Origin: Candidatus Latescibacterota bacterium
GTDB taxonomy: Bacteria > Latescibacterota > UBA2968 > SICM01
Reading direction: 5' to 3'
Assembly: GCA_965217865.1 (NCBI GenBank)
Contig: CBDCJO010000002.1
Span: 2,112,001 to 2,176,000 of the forward strand
Length of the DNA: 64,000 nucleotides
Shown: positions 20,560 through 31,900 of the stretch, piece after piece
Layout of the letters: every line of letters starts with the position of its first letter
Position numbering within the stretch: the stretch's first letter is position 1
Notes under the pieces: model-generated
What the model was told of the DNA's origin: nothing
The model's input: only the letters and a program-made list of their open reading frames with translations
Databases searched by the model: none
Made by a program: the position numbers and the translations under genes

Positions 20560-21174
20560 ATGGCTCTTATCCCGATGGTCCTGGAGCAGACGGGCCGGGG
20601 CGAACGGATGTACGATATCTTTTCTCGCCTCTTAAAAGACCGAATCATATTCATCGGAACCCCGATCAACGATCCTATCGCGAATCTGGTCATCGCCCAG
20701 CTCCTTTTCCTTCAAGCGGAAGATCCTGAGAAACCCGTCCACCTCTACATCAACACCCCAGGCGGGACGATCCCCGCGGGGTTGGCGATCTATGACACCA
20801 TGCAATACATCGCCAACGACGTCAATACCATCTGCATCGGACAGGCGTTCAGTATGGGGGCGCTCCTTTTGGCCGGAGGGACCCAGGGAAAGCGTTCAGG
20901 TCTCCCCAACTCACGCATCCTAATCCATCAGCCTTATGGCCAGGTCGGCGGACAGGCCTCCGATGTTGAAATTCACGCAAACGAACTCCTCTACTTCCGC
21001 AAACGATTCAACCAAATCCTGTCCGAGCATACCGGACAACCCATCGAACGGATCGATAAGGATTCCGACCGGGATTTCTACATGTCTCCCGAACAGGCTG
21101 TGGAATACGGCTTGATCGATGAAGTCTTCAGCCCACAAAAGTCTGAGGGTGGATCCAACGGAAATCAACCATGA
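20560..21174 (+). CDS. clpP: ATP-dependent Clp protease proteolytic subunit
   Basis: [18 protein letters not shown] (Ser), IHQP (His), DRDFYMS. Confidence 0.97.
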   Translation: MALIPMVLEQTGRGERMYDIFSRLLKDRIIFIGTPINDPIANLVIAQLLFLQAEDPEKPVHLYINTPGGTIPAGLAIYDTMQYIANDVNTICIGQAFSMGALLLAGGTQGKRSGLPNSRILIHQPYGQVGGQASDVEIHANELLYFRKRFNQILSEHTGQPIERIDKDSDRDFYMSPEQAVEYGLIDEVFSPQKSEGGSNGNQP

Positions 21175-22403
21175 AGCGCAGAACCCTATCCCCGGACCCT
21201 AAATGCTCTTTTTGCGGAAAGGGTCCGGATCAAGTGGAACGGATCGTTACCGGACCCTCCGTTCACATCTGCAGTGAGTGTGTTCGTCTCTGTAACGATA
21301 TCCTCTGCGAGGATGCAAAGGCGAAACCCGCTTCCGTAAGCCAGGATTTGCCTAAACCTGCCAAAATCAAGAAGCGGCTCGACGAGTATATCATCGGACA
21401 GGACCGGGCGAAACGCGCCCTGTCCGTCGCAGTTTACAACCACTATAAACGGATCCGCTCCAGGACCTCGCCCGACAGTGTGGAGCTCGATAAAAGCAAC
21501 ATCCTCCTGATCGGGCTCACCGGGACTGGAAAAACGCTCCTCGCCCAGACGCTGGCCCGGATCCTCAGGGTGCCGTTTGCCATGGCGGACGCCACGATTT
21601 TGACAGAGGCGGGCTATGTGGGAGAGGACGTCGAGAACATTCTCGTTCGCCTCCTCCAGGCAGCCGATTACGACGTCGCGAAAGCCGAAACAGGCATCCT
21701 CTACCTAGATGAAATCGACAAGATTTCTCGAAAGACCTCTAATCCCTCCATCACGCGCGACGTCTCCGGAGAGGGCGTTCAACAGGCCCTTTTGAAAATT
21801 GTGGAGGGAACCTCCGCGAACGTGCCTCCGAAAGGTGGTCGGAAACACCCCGAGCAACCCTTGATACAGATCAACACAAAGAATATCCTCTTTATCTGTG
21901 GCGGGGCCTTTGACGGACTCAGTCGAATCATCAGCGCGCGGATCGGCCGTCGAACCATGGGGTTCGGGGCCGAAGTGGACCACCCCGCCGAACGGAATAT
22001 GGGTGAGATCATGGCTCACGTTGAGCCCGATGATCTGATCAAATACGGGCTCATCCCTGAGCTTGTCGGGCGCCTACCGATCGTATCCGCCCTGGACGAC
22101 CTGGACGAGGAAGCCCTTCTCAGGATCCTCGTCGAGCCCAAGAATGCCATCACAAAACAGTACCAGAAGCTGTTCAAAATTGATGGTGTCGAGTTGAACT
22201 TCCAAGAAGCAGCCTTAAAGCGAATCGTCGAGCTCACCCTCCAGAAGGGAACAGGGGCCCGCGGGCTCCGGTCTGTTCTGGAAGAAGTCATGATCGACCT
22301 CATGTACGAAGTACCCTCAAAAACCGAGGTCAAGTCTTGCGACATCACCGAAGAGATGGTCCTCTCCCGCTGGCCTGCCTACGCCGTTCAAAAAAGGGCA
22401 TGA
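21171..22403 (+). CDS. clpX: ATP-dependent Clp protease ATP-binding subunit
   Basis: CSFC...CSEC zinc finger, Gx[30 protein letters not shown] loop. Confidence 0.97.
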   Translation: MKRRTLSPDPKCSFCGKGPDQVERIVTGPSVHICSECVRLCNDILCEDAKAKPASVSQDLPKPAKIKKRLDEYIIGQDRAKRALSVAVYNHYKRIRSRTSPDSVELDKSNILLIGLTGTGKTLLAQTLARILRVPFAMADATILTEAGYVGEDVENILVRLLQAADYDVAKAETGILYLDEIDKISRKTSNPSITRDVSGEGVQQALLKIVEGTSANVPPKGGRKHPEQPLIQINTKNILFICGGAFDGLSRIISARIGRRTMGFGAEVDHPAERNMGEIMAHVEPDDLIKYGLIPELVGRLPIVSALDDLDEEALLRILVEPKNAITKQYQKLFKIDGVELNFQEAALKRIVELTLQKGTGARGLRSVLEEVMIDLMYEVPSKTEVKSCDITEEMVLSRWPAYAVQKRA

Positions 22404-22502
22404 GGAGAGGTGTTTAGCCGAGCTTCTTCAGTCACACATCTAGTCTCTTCGGTTGATTCGTGACTCCCGACTCGCGGCTGATTTGGCATAACTCCCAATG
22501 CC

Positions 22503-23132
22503 ATGAAGATACACACTGCCGAGTTTGTCCTCAGTGCGGCCAGGCACGATCAGCTCCCGCGCAACTGGCTGCCCGAGGTCGCCTTCGCGGGTCGGTCGAA
22601 CGTCGGAAAGTCCTCGCTCCTTAACGCCCTGCTTCAGCGTAAACATCTCGCCAAAATAAGCTCCACGCCCGGCAAGACTCGTCTTCTGAATTGCTACCTG
22701 ATCAATAATGACTTCAACTTCATAGATCTTCCAGGATACGGTTACGCGAAGGCCCCGGTTGCCAAGCGACGTGAGTGGGGGCGGATGGTCGAGGCCTACG
22801 TGACGGACCGGGCCACACTCCAGGGGATCGTCCACCTTGTCGACGCGCGTCACCGGCCCTCCCGGGAAGACCTGGACCTGATCGCGTGGCTTCTGGACCT
22901 CCGGATCCCATTTGCGATGGTTGCCACGAAATCAGACAAACTATCACACAGCCGTCTGCAACGTCAAATCGTAGAAATTAAAGCATCCCTCCCGAACCCG
23001 ATTCCATATCCGATCTACCCGTGTTCCGCGAACACGGGCAAAGGGATCCCGGAACTCTGGAGGTGGCTTGAGGGAATAATGAAACCTACCCGGAAGTCGA
23101 ATAAACCGCGAATCTCTTCAGGGAGTCTTTGA
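22503..23132 (+). CDS. engB: Ribosome biogenesis GTPase YihA/EngB
   Basis: GRSNVGKSS, PGKT, DLPGYG, TKSDK. Confidence 0.95.
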   Translation: MKIHTAEFVLSAARHDQLPRNWLPEVAFAGRSNVGKSSLLNALLQRKHLAKISSTPGKTRLLNCYLINNDFNFIDLPGYGYAKAPVAKRREWGRMVEAYVTDRATLQGIVHLVDARHRPSREDLDLIAWLLDLRIPFAMVATKSDKLSHSRLQRQIVEIKASLPNPIPYPIYPCSANTGKGIPELWRWLEGIMKPTRKSNKPRISSGSL

Positions 23133-23135
23133 TTC

Positions 23136-24875
23136 TTGAAGCACCTTTTCCGCATCGCACTGGCTCAGATCAACGTCACAGTTGGGGACTTCGAAGGGAA
23201 CTTGCGCAAGATCGTGGAAGCCATCTCCCACGCTCGCGATCTCGAAGCGGACCTGGTTGTCCTTCCCGAAATGGCCGTAACCGGATACCCTCCCGAGGAC
23301 CTTCTGTTCAAACCCCGGTTCGTGGACGCCAGTGTTGCCGCCGTCAATAGGATCGCTGGAGAGTCAAAAGGAATCGTCGCTGTCGTGGGATTTGCGGACC
23401 GGAAAGAGGACATATACAACGCGGCCGCGGTCATTGCAGACGGCCGGATAGCAGACGTCTACCACAAACACTTCCTTCCAAATTACGGCGTATTCGATGA
23501 AGATCGTTACTTCCAGGCCGGGACCGAAATCCCCGTCTATCGCCTCGGAAGGACCTCTTTCGGAGTGAACATTTGCGAAGACATCTGGTACCCGGGGGGG
23601 CCGGCAAGGGTTCAGTCCCTCTTCGGTGAAGCCCAGGTCATTATCAACATCTCGTCGTCGCCGTTCACGTGTGGAAAGGGGAATACACGGGAATCCCTTC
23701 TGGCCACGAGGGCAATCGATTGCGGGTCGGCCGTGGCCTATACCAATCTGGTCGGGGGCCAGGACGAGCTCGTTTTCGATGGGGGAAGCCTGATTATCGA
23801 TCAAAACGGGAAGACCATTGCGCGGGGAAAGCAGTTCGAGGAGGACTTTGTCGTGGCCGACCTGGATGTGGAGGCCATTTTTCGACATCGGTTGCACGAC
23901 CCGCGCCGCCGTAAGGAAAAACTGAATGGCGAGCAGGACCGGATGGTCCATTTTGTAGAACTGCCCTCTCCCGACTTCACTCGTGAACGAAAACCGCTTT
24001 CCTCACACGATGTGACCCCCCTCGATCCGCTGTCTGAGATCTACGCGGCGCTGACCACAGGGGTCCGGAACTACGTTCACAAGAACAAGTTCGAGAAAGT
24101 CGTCGTGGGCATAAGTGGGGGGATAGACTCGGCGATGGTCGCGGCAATCGCGGTAGACGCGCTCGGAAAGGGGAACGTGATCGGGGCGACCATGCCTTCG
24201 CAGTACTCCTCGAAATCCACCTTTTCAGACGCTCGTCAGTTCGCTCAAAACCTGGGGATTCGGTTTTTGATCATCCCCATCGGCGAAACCTTCGACAACT
24301 ATCGCCAACTCCTGGCCGACGAGTTTCAGGGAAGGGCGGAAGATGTCACCGAAGAGAATCTCCAGGCCCGAATTCGTGGGAATCTCCTGATGGCCCTCTC
24401 GAATAAATTTGGGTGGCTTGTCCTCACGACAGGTGATAAAAGCGAGATGAGCGTCGGTTTTGCGACGCTATACGGAGATCTGTCCGGAGGATTCGCCGTG
24501 ATTAAAGACATCTACAAGACGCTTCTTTATGATCTCGCCAGGCATCGTAACAAACAGGCGGGGTGGGACCTCATCCCGAATTCCGTCCTGGAGCGAGAGC
24601 CCTCTCCGGAACTCAAGCCGGATCAGAAGGCTTCCGACACCCTCCCCCCCTACAGCATCCTCGATCCGATACTAAAGTATTATGTCGAACAGGATATGAG
24701 CCCTCACGAGATTATCGAACTGGGGTTCGAAGAACAGGTTGTCAGGGACGTCATCCGTCGCGTCGACCGGAGCGAGTATAAAAGAAGGCAGGCCCCTCCT
24801 GGCATCAAAGTCACCCCTCGCGCATTCGGGCGCGATCGAAGGATTCCCATTACCAACGATTATCAGGATCCCTGA
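23136..24875 (+). CDS. nadE: Glutamine-dependent NAD+ synthetase
   Basis: Nitrilase domain (PE, K, ICEDIW) fused to a synthetase domain with SGGIDS and ENLQARIRG. Confidence 0.95.
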   Translation: MKHLFRIALAQINVTVGDFEGNLRKIVEAISHARDLEADLVVLPEMAVTGYPPEDLLFKPRFVDASVAAVNRIAGESKGIVAVVGFADRKEDIYNAAAVIADGRIADVYHKHFLPNYGVFDEDRYFQAGTEIPVYRLGRTSFGVNICEDIWYPGGPARVQSLFGEAQVIINISSSPFTCGKGNTRESLLATRAIDCGSAVAYTNLVGGQDELVFDGGSLIIDQNGKTIARGKQFEEDFVVADLDVEAIFRHRLHDPRRRKEKLNGEQDRMVHFVELPSPDFTRERKPLSSHDVTPLDPLSEIYAALTTGVRNYVHKNKFEKVVVGISGGIDSAMVAAIAVDALGKGNVIGATMPSQYSSKSTFSDARQFAQNLGIRFLIIPIGETFDNYRQLLADEFQGRAEDVTEENLQARIRGNLLMALSNKFGWLVLTTGDKSEMSVGFATLYGDLSGGFAVIKDIYKTLLYDLARHRNKQAGWDLIPNSVLEREPSPELKPDQKASDTLPPYSILDPILKYYVEQDMSPHEIIELGFEEQVVRDVIRRVDRSEYKRRQAPPGIKVTPRAFGRDRRIPITNDYQDP

Positions 24876-24892
24876 ACCCGTCTTTCCGGACT

Positions 24893-26757
24893 ATGGAAGA
24901 GAACGACAGCATTGATGGAACCGCCACGATTTCTCCGGACGAACCGGTCGTCGCCGGTACTCCGGGGAGCTGGACTCTGACTTATACCGTCGGAGAGGAT
25001 GGGATCCAGCCGGGGGGTGCCGTCCGCCTTACGATCCCAAAGGGATTCACGCCTCCTCAGATGGACCATCCTGGGGGCCCCGGGTTCGTGTCCGCCACCT
25101 CCACCGCCCCAAGGTGACCTTTGCCCTGGTCGTCGAATCCGGGATAGAAACCGGACCTGGCAAAAACTCGGGATTCGATGTCCAAATGTTCCTGGACACC
25201 GCCCCGGTCCATCGACGGGAGCAGATTATGATTGTTTACGGAGACCTATCCGGGGGCTCGCTCGGCGCCTTCGCACGCCTGGTCGCTGGAGAAGCGCCAT
25301 TCCGGCTGGCCGTCCAGTCGGGACGCGACGAGGTCGACTTCCGTCCTCTTAAACAGGTTCCGCTTCTCACCGTCACCCCTGCCGAAGCCCGCCGGATTTC
25401 AGTCATCATCCCTTCTCTGGCTGAGGTGGGGAAACCCTTTCCGGTCTATCTCCTGCATCGGGACATCTACGGGAATGTCGTTCACACGTCCGAAAACCAG
25501 ATTGACTTCAAGGCCGAACGTGGCGAGTTGAAATTACCCTCCACTGTGGCCCTGAAGTCCTCTGACGCCCATGAGTTCAATCTCCGGGCGGCCGTGAAGA
25601 CGACCGGTGGCCCGTGCCGAATCCGTGTGGTCGACCACCAGAGAGAAATTGAAGGGGTCAGCAATCCCCTGGTCCCTTCGGACCACACCTCCGAGGTTCT
25701 CCTGTGGGGGGACCTTCACGGACACACGACCAGTTCGGACGGTACCGTCTCTCCGAACGCCTACTTTTCACACGCAAGGGATAAGACACACCTCGATTTC
25801 GCAGCCGTTACAGATCATCTCCAGGACTCGGGAGTACACCCCGGTTGGGAAGAACTCCGGTCCGCGGCATCCTCCTTCGACGAGGCCGGCCGATTTATTC
25901 CGTTGATCGGGTTCGAGGAAAAAACACCGTCGGGGGGTCATCGCAACATCTATTGCCAGGGGCTTGTTCCGGACTTCCCTGAGGATCTGTTGGGCCCGGC
26001 CCCCGACGATGCCGGTCCGAACGGGGAGGTTGTCAGAGGAGACGATACCCTGGTCATCCCGCACCCTCACGGACGCACCACGTGGGCTACCCCAGACCTT
26101 AAGGTTGCGCGTCTGGCCGAGATCTATTCCTGCTGGGGGAATGCCGAACGATGGGGCACCACCGGTTCCAATACCCATCCCACCAGACACTCCGGCGGAA
26201 CGATTCAGGCGGGTCTGGCACACGGCCTGCGTTTTGGCTTTGTCGCGGGCAGCGATACCCATACCGGATTTCCGGGGAGTGCACCCGGTGTAGGGATGCA
26301 ATCACGCTATCCCGGAGGTCTAACGGCTGTCTATGCAGACGCCTTCACGCGCCCGGCGTTCTGGGTCGGATTAAAAAACCGCAGATGTTATGCCACCACT
26401 GGAGCGCGGATCATCCTGGATTTTGAGATTGATGGTTATCCTTTGGGGTCGGAAATCGACATTGGGGGGCCGGACGATCCGCTCATCAAAAGTCGGGCGG
26501 TTGCCGTCAGGGCCTATGGTTCAAGTCGCATCAACTCCATCGATATCATCCGGAACAACTCCGAAATCTGTTCTTACCGCGGTGATAACGAAGTCGTCCG
26601 GTTCCGATGGGTGGATTCCCAGGATCTGACCAGAGTCTCCATTCCCCGGCCCGCATGTAAGCACCCATTGACATTCTACTACGTTCGAGTCCGCCAGGAA
26701 GACGGTGAAATGGCCTGGTCCAGTCCCATCTGGATGGCGCTGACATATCTTACCTGA
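24893..26757 (+). pseudogene. DUF3604 / CehA-McbA-like PHP metallohydrolase, split by a frameshift near 25107-25117
   Basis: The N-terminal ORF (24893-25117) continues in another frame into 25114-26757, which has WGDLHGHT..SDG, VTDH, GSDTH and YATTGARI. One extra C in GCCCC restores ...TAPKVTFAL. Confidence 0.65.
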
Positions 26758-26854
26758 TCCCCCCCTTTCCCACACCTCACCAGTTCCAGGTCCCGGGTTC
26801 CGTGGTTCCTCGTTTGGAGTAAACGTCACCCGGTGGGTTCCTTGGAACCTGGAA

Positions 26855-27427
26855 TTATCTTCTCCGGTGGACATTCTCCTCCGTAACGACCAGATCTACG
26901 GGCACATCCGTTTCCGCCGTCGGGACCGAGTCAAGGATTTGGAATTCGAAGGCCAAACCGACCTTGATCGCACCCACCTTTTCTAGAAAACGATCGTAAT
27001 AACCCCGCCCGAACCCCAATCGGTTTCCCATCCGGTCGAAAGCAACCCCCGGAACGATGACCAGATCTATCGTCTGAAAATCAACGGGCCGGACTTTTCC
27101 CGACGGACGGTATAGTCCCATACCTCCTTTTTGAATCAGCTCAGAAATGTCGGAGATCTCCGAATGCAGAAGGTCCGTCTCCCCTTTATGAACGATGGGT
27201 ACGACAATCCGCTTTTTGCCGCGAAGGGCATCCCCGATCAACACCCACGTATCAACCTCGCCCGGAATCGAGACGTAGCAGTGGATCAACTCCGCATCCC
27301 GATAGTCGGGGAGTGCCGTGAGATTCATCCGGATGGAACGACCCTTAGATGAGGACCCATTCTCCCGTTCCCGTCTTCGCTTAAGGATCTCTTGCCTGAC
27401 CGATGATTTCTCGGTATTTAAATCCAT
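26855..27427 (-). CDS. 5-formyltetrahydrofolate cyclo-ligase
   Basis: EVDT, IVPGVAFD, RLGFGRGYYDRFL, VDLVVTE. Confidence 0.93.
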   Translation of the reverse strand: MDLNTEKSSVRQEILKRRRERENGSSSKGRSIRMNLTALPDYRDAELIHCYVSIPGEVDTWVLIGDALRGKKRIVVPIVHKGETDLLHSEISDISELIQKGGMGLYRPSGKVRPVDFQTIDLVIVPGVAFDRMGNRLGFGRGYYDRFLEKVGAIKVGLAFEFQILDSVPTAETDVPVDLVVTEENVHRRR

Positions 27428-27455
27428 CTGCTCCCCCTGTGCCCAAAACTTGCCC

Positions 27456-27484
27456 TTGACATTCACCTGATCCCCACTTAGATT
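27456..27484 (+). promoter_or_regulatory. Sigma70-type promoter for uppS-cdsA-dxr-rseP
   Basis: TTGACA-17 bp-TAGATT. Confidence 0.65.
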
Positions 27485-27609
27485 TTATCGGCTATACTCA
27501 TATCTTTATTGCCTTTTGAGGACGTTAACCGCGAAGGGTTTGGGGGTTGGGACTTTTCCTCCATCCCAGGCGTTCCGATGAATCAAGATCCCAGAAGAGG
27601 ACCCGGAAC

Positions 27610-28395
27610 TTGGACAAGAACGATGGAGCCATCCAGAATGAATTGATCGCGAGGGGAAACATACCGCGTCATATCGCTATGATCATGGATGGCAACGGAC
27701 GCTGGGCCTACCAGCACGGCAAGCCCAGAATCGAAGGGCATCGGGCCGCCCGGGACGTCGTCCGGGACACCGTTCGGGCCTGTGGTGAACTCGGCATCGA
27801 GGTTTTAACCCTTTATGCCTTCTCCGAAGAAAACTGGCAACGTCCGCCGAGGGAGGTGTTGGGGCTTATGCGCCTTTTGCGGACGTGCCTTATTGAAGAG
27901 GTCCCCGAACTGAATCAGAACAACGTTCGCCTCCAGACCATCGGACAGGCTTTCCGCCTTCCAAGGCCTTGTCAGAAAGCCCTGAACCGTGCAATCAACC
28001 TGACCTCAAAAAATACCGGCCTGATCCTTAACCTCGCTCTCAGTTATGGAGGTCGAGCTGAAATCACGAGCGCTGCGCAGCGAATCGCCACGGAAGTGGA
28101 GAGGGGCCTCCTGCGCAGCGCTGCGGTCGATGAGGAATGCTTCGCAAAATACCTCTATACCCCCGATCTTCCGGACCCAGACCTGGTCATCCGAACAAGC
28201 GGGGAAATGCGTATCAGCAACTTTCTGCTCTGGCAGATCGCTTACGCGGAACTGCACATCACACCTGTCCTCTGGCCCGACTTCCGCCGAAAGCACCTAT
28301 ACGAAGCGATCCGAAACTATCAACAGCGGGAGCGCCGATTCGGAAGGACCAGCACACAGGTCCGCACCCTGCAGCCTGCCGTTCTGGGCAAGTGA
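27610..28395 (+). CDS. uppS: Undecaprenyl diphosphate synthase (isoprenyl transferase)
   Basis: IMDGNGRW, YAFSEENWxRP, SYGGR, RTSGEMRISNFLLWQ. Start is uncertain. Confidence 0.95.
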   Translation: MDKNDGAIQNELIARGNIPRHIAMIMDGNGRWAYQHGKPRIEGHRAARDVVRDTVRACGELGIEVLTLYAFSEENWQRPPREVLGLMRLLRTCLIEEVPELNQNNVRLQTIGQAFRLPRPCQKALNRAINLTSKNTGLILNLALSYGGRAEITSAAQRIATEVERGLLRSAAVDEECFAKYLYTPDLPDPDLVIRTSGEMRISNFLLWQIAYAELHITPVLWPDFRRKHLYEAIRNYQQRERRFGRTSTQVRTLQPAVLGK

Positions 28396-29204
28396 TGGGC
28401 TCAAACCTGGTTCGAAGAACGGGTGCAGCCTTTACCTTTGTCCCGATTCTCTCAGCCCTGATCTGGTGGGGGGGCTTTCCGCTACTTACCGTTATCGCCC
28501 TGATCGTAGGCGTCGGCACCTGGGAACTCTTCCGGTTATATGAACACAAGGGTTCCCGTCCGTTTATATGGCCGGGAATCCTGATGAGCGTCAGCATCTG
28601 CACCTGGGTCCACGTGCTGGGTTTGCGCCATTTCGAACATCTCTTGATGCTCTGTACGCTGGGGGTTCTGGGGGTTGCCCTAATCCGACGGACGGAAGGC
28701 GCATCTCTCCAGGACGCTGGGGCCACACTGTTCGGTGTCCTCTATGTGGGCTTCCTGGGAAGTTCCCTTCTCATGGTCCGCAACCTTCCCCTGCCTCACG
28801 CAGCGCCGCTTTCTTTGACCTTGATGGCCAGCATCTGGGTGATGGATGCCTTCGCCTATTTCGCGGGTTGGGGTTTTGGCCGTACACGCCCTTTCCACCG
28901 GGTCAGTCCGAATAAGTCGATCGAAGGGTGCGTCGCTGGCGTTTTCGGTGCCATCGGAACGGTTTGGTTGGGAAATCTCTGGATTCAGTCCCTCCTGTGG
29001 GGGGATATTCTTGTTATCGGGTTCCTGGTAGGCATCGGGGGTCAAGTGGGGGATTTTGCGGAATCGCTCCTGAAACGGGACTCCGGCCTTAAGGACACCT
29101 CTGCCGTTCTCCCGGGCCACGGTGGCGTGTTGGATCGCTTCGATAGCGCCCTGTTTGCCTGTCCGCTCGTCTATACCTTTCTCGTATTTCGTTGCGGATT
29201 ATAA
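28395..29204 (+). CDS. cdsA: Phosphatidate cytidylyltransferase
   Basis: SPNKSIEG, GDFAESLLKR, KD, PGHGGVLDRFDS; the ATG overlaps the uppS stop. Confidence 0.95.
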   Translation: MGSNLVRRTGAAFTFVPILSALIWWGGFPLLTVIALIVGVGTWELFRLYEHKGSRPFIWPGILMSVSICTWVHVLGLRHFEHLLMLCTLGVLGVALIRRTEGASLQDAGATLFGVLYVGFLGSSLLMVRNLPLPHAAPLSLTLMASIWVMDAFAYFAGWGFGRTRPFHRVSPNKSIEGCVAGVFGAIGTVWLGNLWIQSLLWGDILVIGFLVGIGGQVGDFAESLLKRDSGLKDTSAVLPGHGGVLDRFDSALFACPLVYTFLVFRCGL

Positions 29205-29241
29205 CCGATTAGCGCCCTAAGGGGTTATACGGAGAGGTCCC

Positions 29242-30420
29242 TTGAAACGCATTGTCATCCTCGGCTCCACAGGGTCCATCGGACGGAGCAGCCTTGATGT
29301 CGTTGAAGGACTCCCGGATCGGTTCAGGATTATCGGGCTGAGCGCGGGGAACAACGTCGATCTGCTTTGCGAGCAAGCCCTCCGCCATCACCCTGATATC
29401 GCCTGCGTCCAGGACGAAGTCCGCGCAGAAGAAGCCCGAAAACGCCTGGGCCCGCTTGGCATTCGGGTCGTGTCGGGGGAGGCGGGCCTCGAGAGGCTTG
29501 CAACCCACCCGGACGCCGACCTTGTCCTGAACGCATTGGTTGGAGCGGCCGGGTTGCGCCCCACCCTCTCGGCAATCCGGTCAGGCAAGGCTGTGGCGAT
29601 CGCCAACAAGGAGCCTCTGGTCGTGGCGGGCGAGTCCCTTGTAAAAGAGGCCCGGGAGGCCGAAGTCCCATTGCTGCCCCTGGACAGCGAACCCAGTGCC
29701 TTTTGGCAGTGTCTGAATGGGGAACGGATTGGACAGGTCCGGCGTCTGATCCTGACAGCCTCAGGAGGTCCTTTCTACGGGTGGGACGAGGAACGCATGT
29801 CCAAAATCTCGCCCGAAGAAGCCTTGAATCACCCGACGTGGGAGATGGGTCGGAAAATCACGATCGACTCAGCAACCATGATGAACAAAGGCCTTGAGGT
29901 GCTCGAGGCAATGTGGTTGTTCGACCTTCCCCCTTCCCGGATCGATGTCGTTATCCATCGACAGTCCATCGTCCATTCCCTCGTGGAATTCATCGATGGA
30001 TCTACCATGGCCCAGATGAGCAATCCCGACATGCGCCTTCCGATCCAGTACGCCCTGACCCATCCGGATCGCCTACCGACGCGCGTGGAACCCCTCGATC
30101 TGGTTAAGCTGGGGAAGCTTACCTTCGATCCTCCGGATCTGGACATGTTCCCCTGTCTGAATCTCTGCTACCAGGCCGCTCGCCTGAAGGGGACCGCCCC
30201 CGCTGTCCTGAACGCGGCGAATGAAGTCGCCGTGAATCAGTTCCTCGATCGAAGGATCGGTTTCCCGGCGATCCCTGAGGTCATTCGGGATGTCCTGTCC
30301 GCACATCACCTGATCCCCCATCCGGACCTTCAAACAATCGTGGAAGCAGACGGATGGGCAAGAAAAGCGGCCGATGAAGTGATTCGGCGGATGGAAAACC
30401 GGACCGCAGTCCTGACTTAA
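29242..30420 (+). CDS. dxr: 1-deoxy-D-xylulose-5-phosphate reductoisomerase
   Basis: LGSTGSIG, ANKE, PLDSE, TASGGPF, HPTWEMGRKITIDSATMMNKGLE. Confidence 0.97.
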   Translation: MKRIVILGSTGSIGRSSLDVVEGLPDRFRIIGLSAGNNVDLLCEQALRHHPDIACVQDEVRAEEARKRLGPLGIRVVSGEAGLERLATHPDADLVLNALVGAAGLRPTLSAIRSGKAVAIANKEPLVVAGESLVKEAREAEVPLLPLDSEPSAFWQCLNGERIGQVRRLILTASGGPFYGWDEERMSKISPEEALNHPTWEMGRKITIDSATMMNKGLEVLEAMWLFDLPPSRIDVVIHRQSIVHSLVEFIDGSTMAQMSNPDMRLPIQYALTHPDRLPTRVEPLDLVKLGKLTFDPPDLDMFPCLNLCYQAARLKGTAPAVLNAANEVAVNQFLDRRIGFPAIPEVIRDVLSAHHLIPHPDLQTIVEADGWARKAADEVIRRMENRTAVLT

Positions 30421-30435
30421 CAGCGTTGGATTCCC

Positions 30436-31758
30436 GTGGATTTTTTAATAACATTCATCTCATTTATTTTCGTCCTCGGCGTACTCGTGTTCATACACGA
30501 ATCCGGTCACTTTCTGGTGGCGAAGTGGGCGGGAATCCGTGTGGAGCGGTTCTCGCTGGGCTACCCTCCGAAGATGATCGGTGTGACAATCGGTGAGACG
30601 GAATACTGCCTTTCGTGGCTTCCGCTTGGAGGTTACGTCAAAGTGGCAGGTATGGCCGATGTGGGCGTTGAAGAGATCCGGGGGGAGCCCTGGGAATTTA
30701 TGTCCAAGCCCGTATGGGTGCGGATGTGTGTGATGGCAGCGGGCCCCTTGATGAACTTCCTGTTGGGTTTTTTCATCCTCTTCGCGATCCTGGGAATTTT
30801 TGGAAGAACAACGATCCACACGACGGAGGTGGGTCGGGTGGCTCCGGGTTCGGTATTTGAAGTCGCGGGACTCCAAACCGGAGATCGTCTGTTGCGGATC
30901 GCCGATAAAAACGTGGAGACCTGGGATGAGGTCGATTCCGTTATTGATCGGGCGTGGGGCAGGGTCGTGGGATTTGAGTTCTCCCGGGGAGCCCAAACCG
31001 GGATCCTCGACGTGGCGTTGACCGGCGAACGGGACGTTTCAGATCTCTTATATTACCTGCCCTCCGAGGTCGGTTCCGTCCTCGACGGACACCCGGCAGA
31101 GAACGCCGGTCTCAAGGCGGGAGATCGAATCACCGCTATTGATGGAAATCAAGTTTCACAGTGGTGGGACCTCAGCGATATCATTCATGGTCTCCCTGGT
31201 AAACTGATTCACGTCGATTGGATCCGTTCTGGAAAACGGATGTCGGCTGACATCCGTGCCAATGAATATACGATAGAGGGAAAACCCCAGGGAAGAATCG
31301 GAATCGCCTCTCCCGTACCCCCGACTACGCGCGTGCCCGTTGGAATCTGGGCGGCGGCGATGCAGGGGGCTAGGCAGACCTGGATCCTTTCCGGGCTCAT
31401 ATTCCGATTCGTTGGCCGCCTGGTCTCCGGGAAAGAGTCGGGGCAGTCACTTGCGGGTCCTTTGACCATAGCGCATATGGCTGGAAAAAGCGCCAGGCAG
31501 GGGATCGAAACCCTCATGGGGTTCATGGCCCTTCTCAGCATCAACCTCGCCGTTCTCAACCTCCTCCCCATCCCGGTTCTGGACGGGGGACACCTTGCCG
31601 TGATGGCAATAGAGTCGGCCGTTAGTCTGGTGACCAAACGCTCCTTTACTTTTAGCCTTCGTCAGAAGGAGATTCTTCAACAGTTCGGTCTGGTGATTCT
31701 CGGCTCTACGATGATTTACGTCTTTTACAACGATATCATCAGGCTCATCGGAGGATAA
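30436..31758 (+). CDS. rseP: RIP metalloprotease RseP
   Basis: HESGH, AGPLMN, two PDZ-like repeats, NLLPIPVLDGG. Confidence 0.95.
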   Translation: MDFLITFISFIFVLGVLVFIHESGHFLVAKWAGIRVERFSLGYPPKMIGVTIGETEYCLSWLPLGGYVKVAGMADVGVEEIRGEPWEFMSKPVWVRMCVMAAGPLMNFLLGFFILFAILGIFGRTTIHTTEVGRVAPGSVFEVAGLQTGDRLLRIADKNVETWDEVDSVIDRAWGRVVGFEFSRGAQTGILDVALTGERDVSDLLYYLPSEVGSVLDGHPAENAGLKAGDRITAIDGNQVSQWWDLSDIIHGLPGKLIHVDWIRSGKRMSADIRANEYTIEGKPQGRIGIASPVPPTTRVPVGIWAAAMQGARQTWILSGLIFRFVGRLVSGKESGQSLAGPLTIAHMAGKSARQGIETLMGFMALLSINLAVLNLLPIPVLDGGHLAVMAIESAVSLVTKRSFTFSLRQKEILQQFGLVILGSTMIYVFYNDIIRLIGG

Positions 31759-31900
31759 ACCCGGATTTTCCGAATATCAATAGTCAGATCTCGAAGCATA
31801 TCTGGATGCTTGCTCCAGAGCGAAGACCTTCCTTTGCTGTACTCTCCCGTCTCTGACCCCCGCTTAAATTTTCCGTTTGTCGTCTCACGTTTCACGGGGT

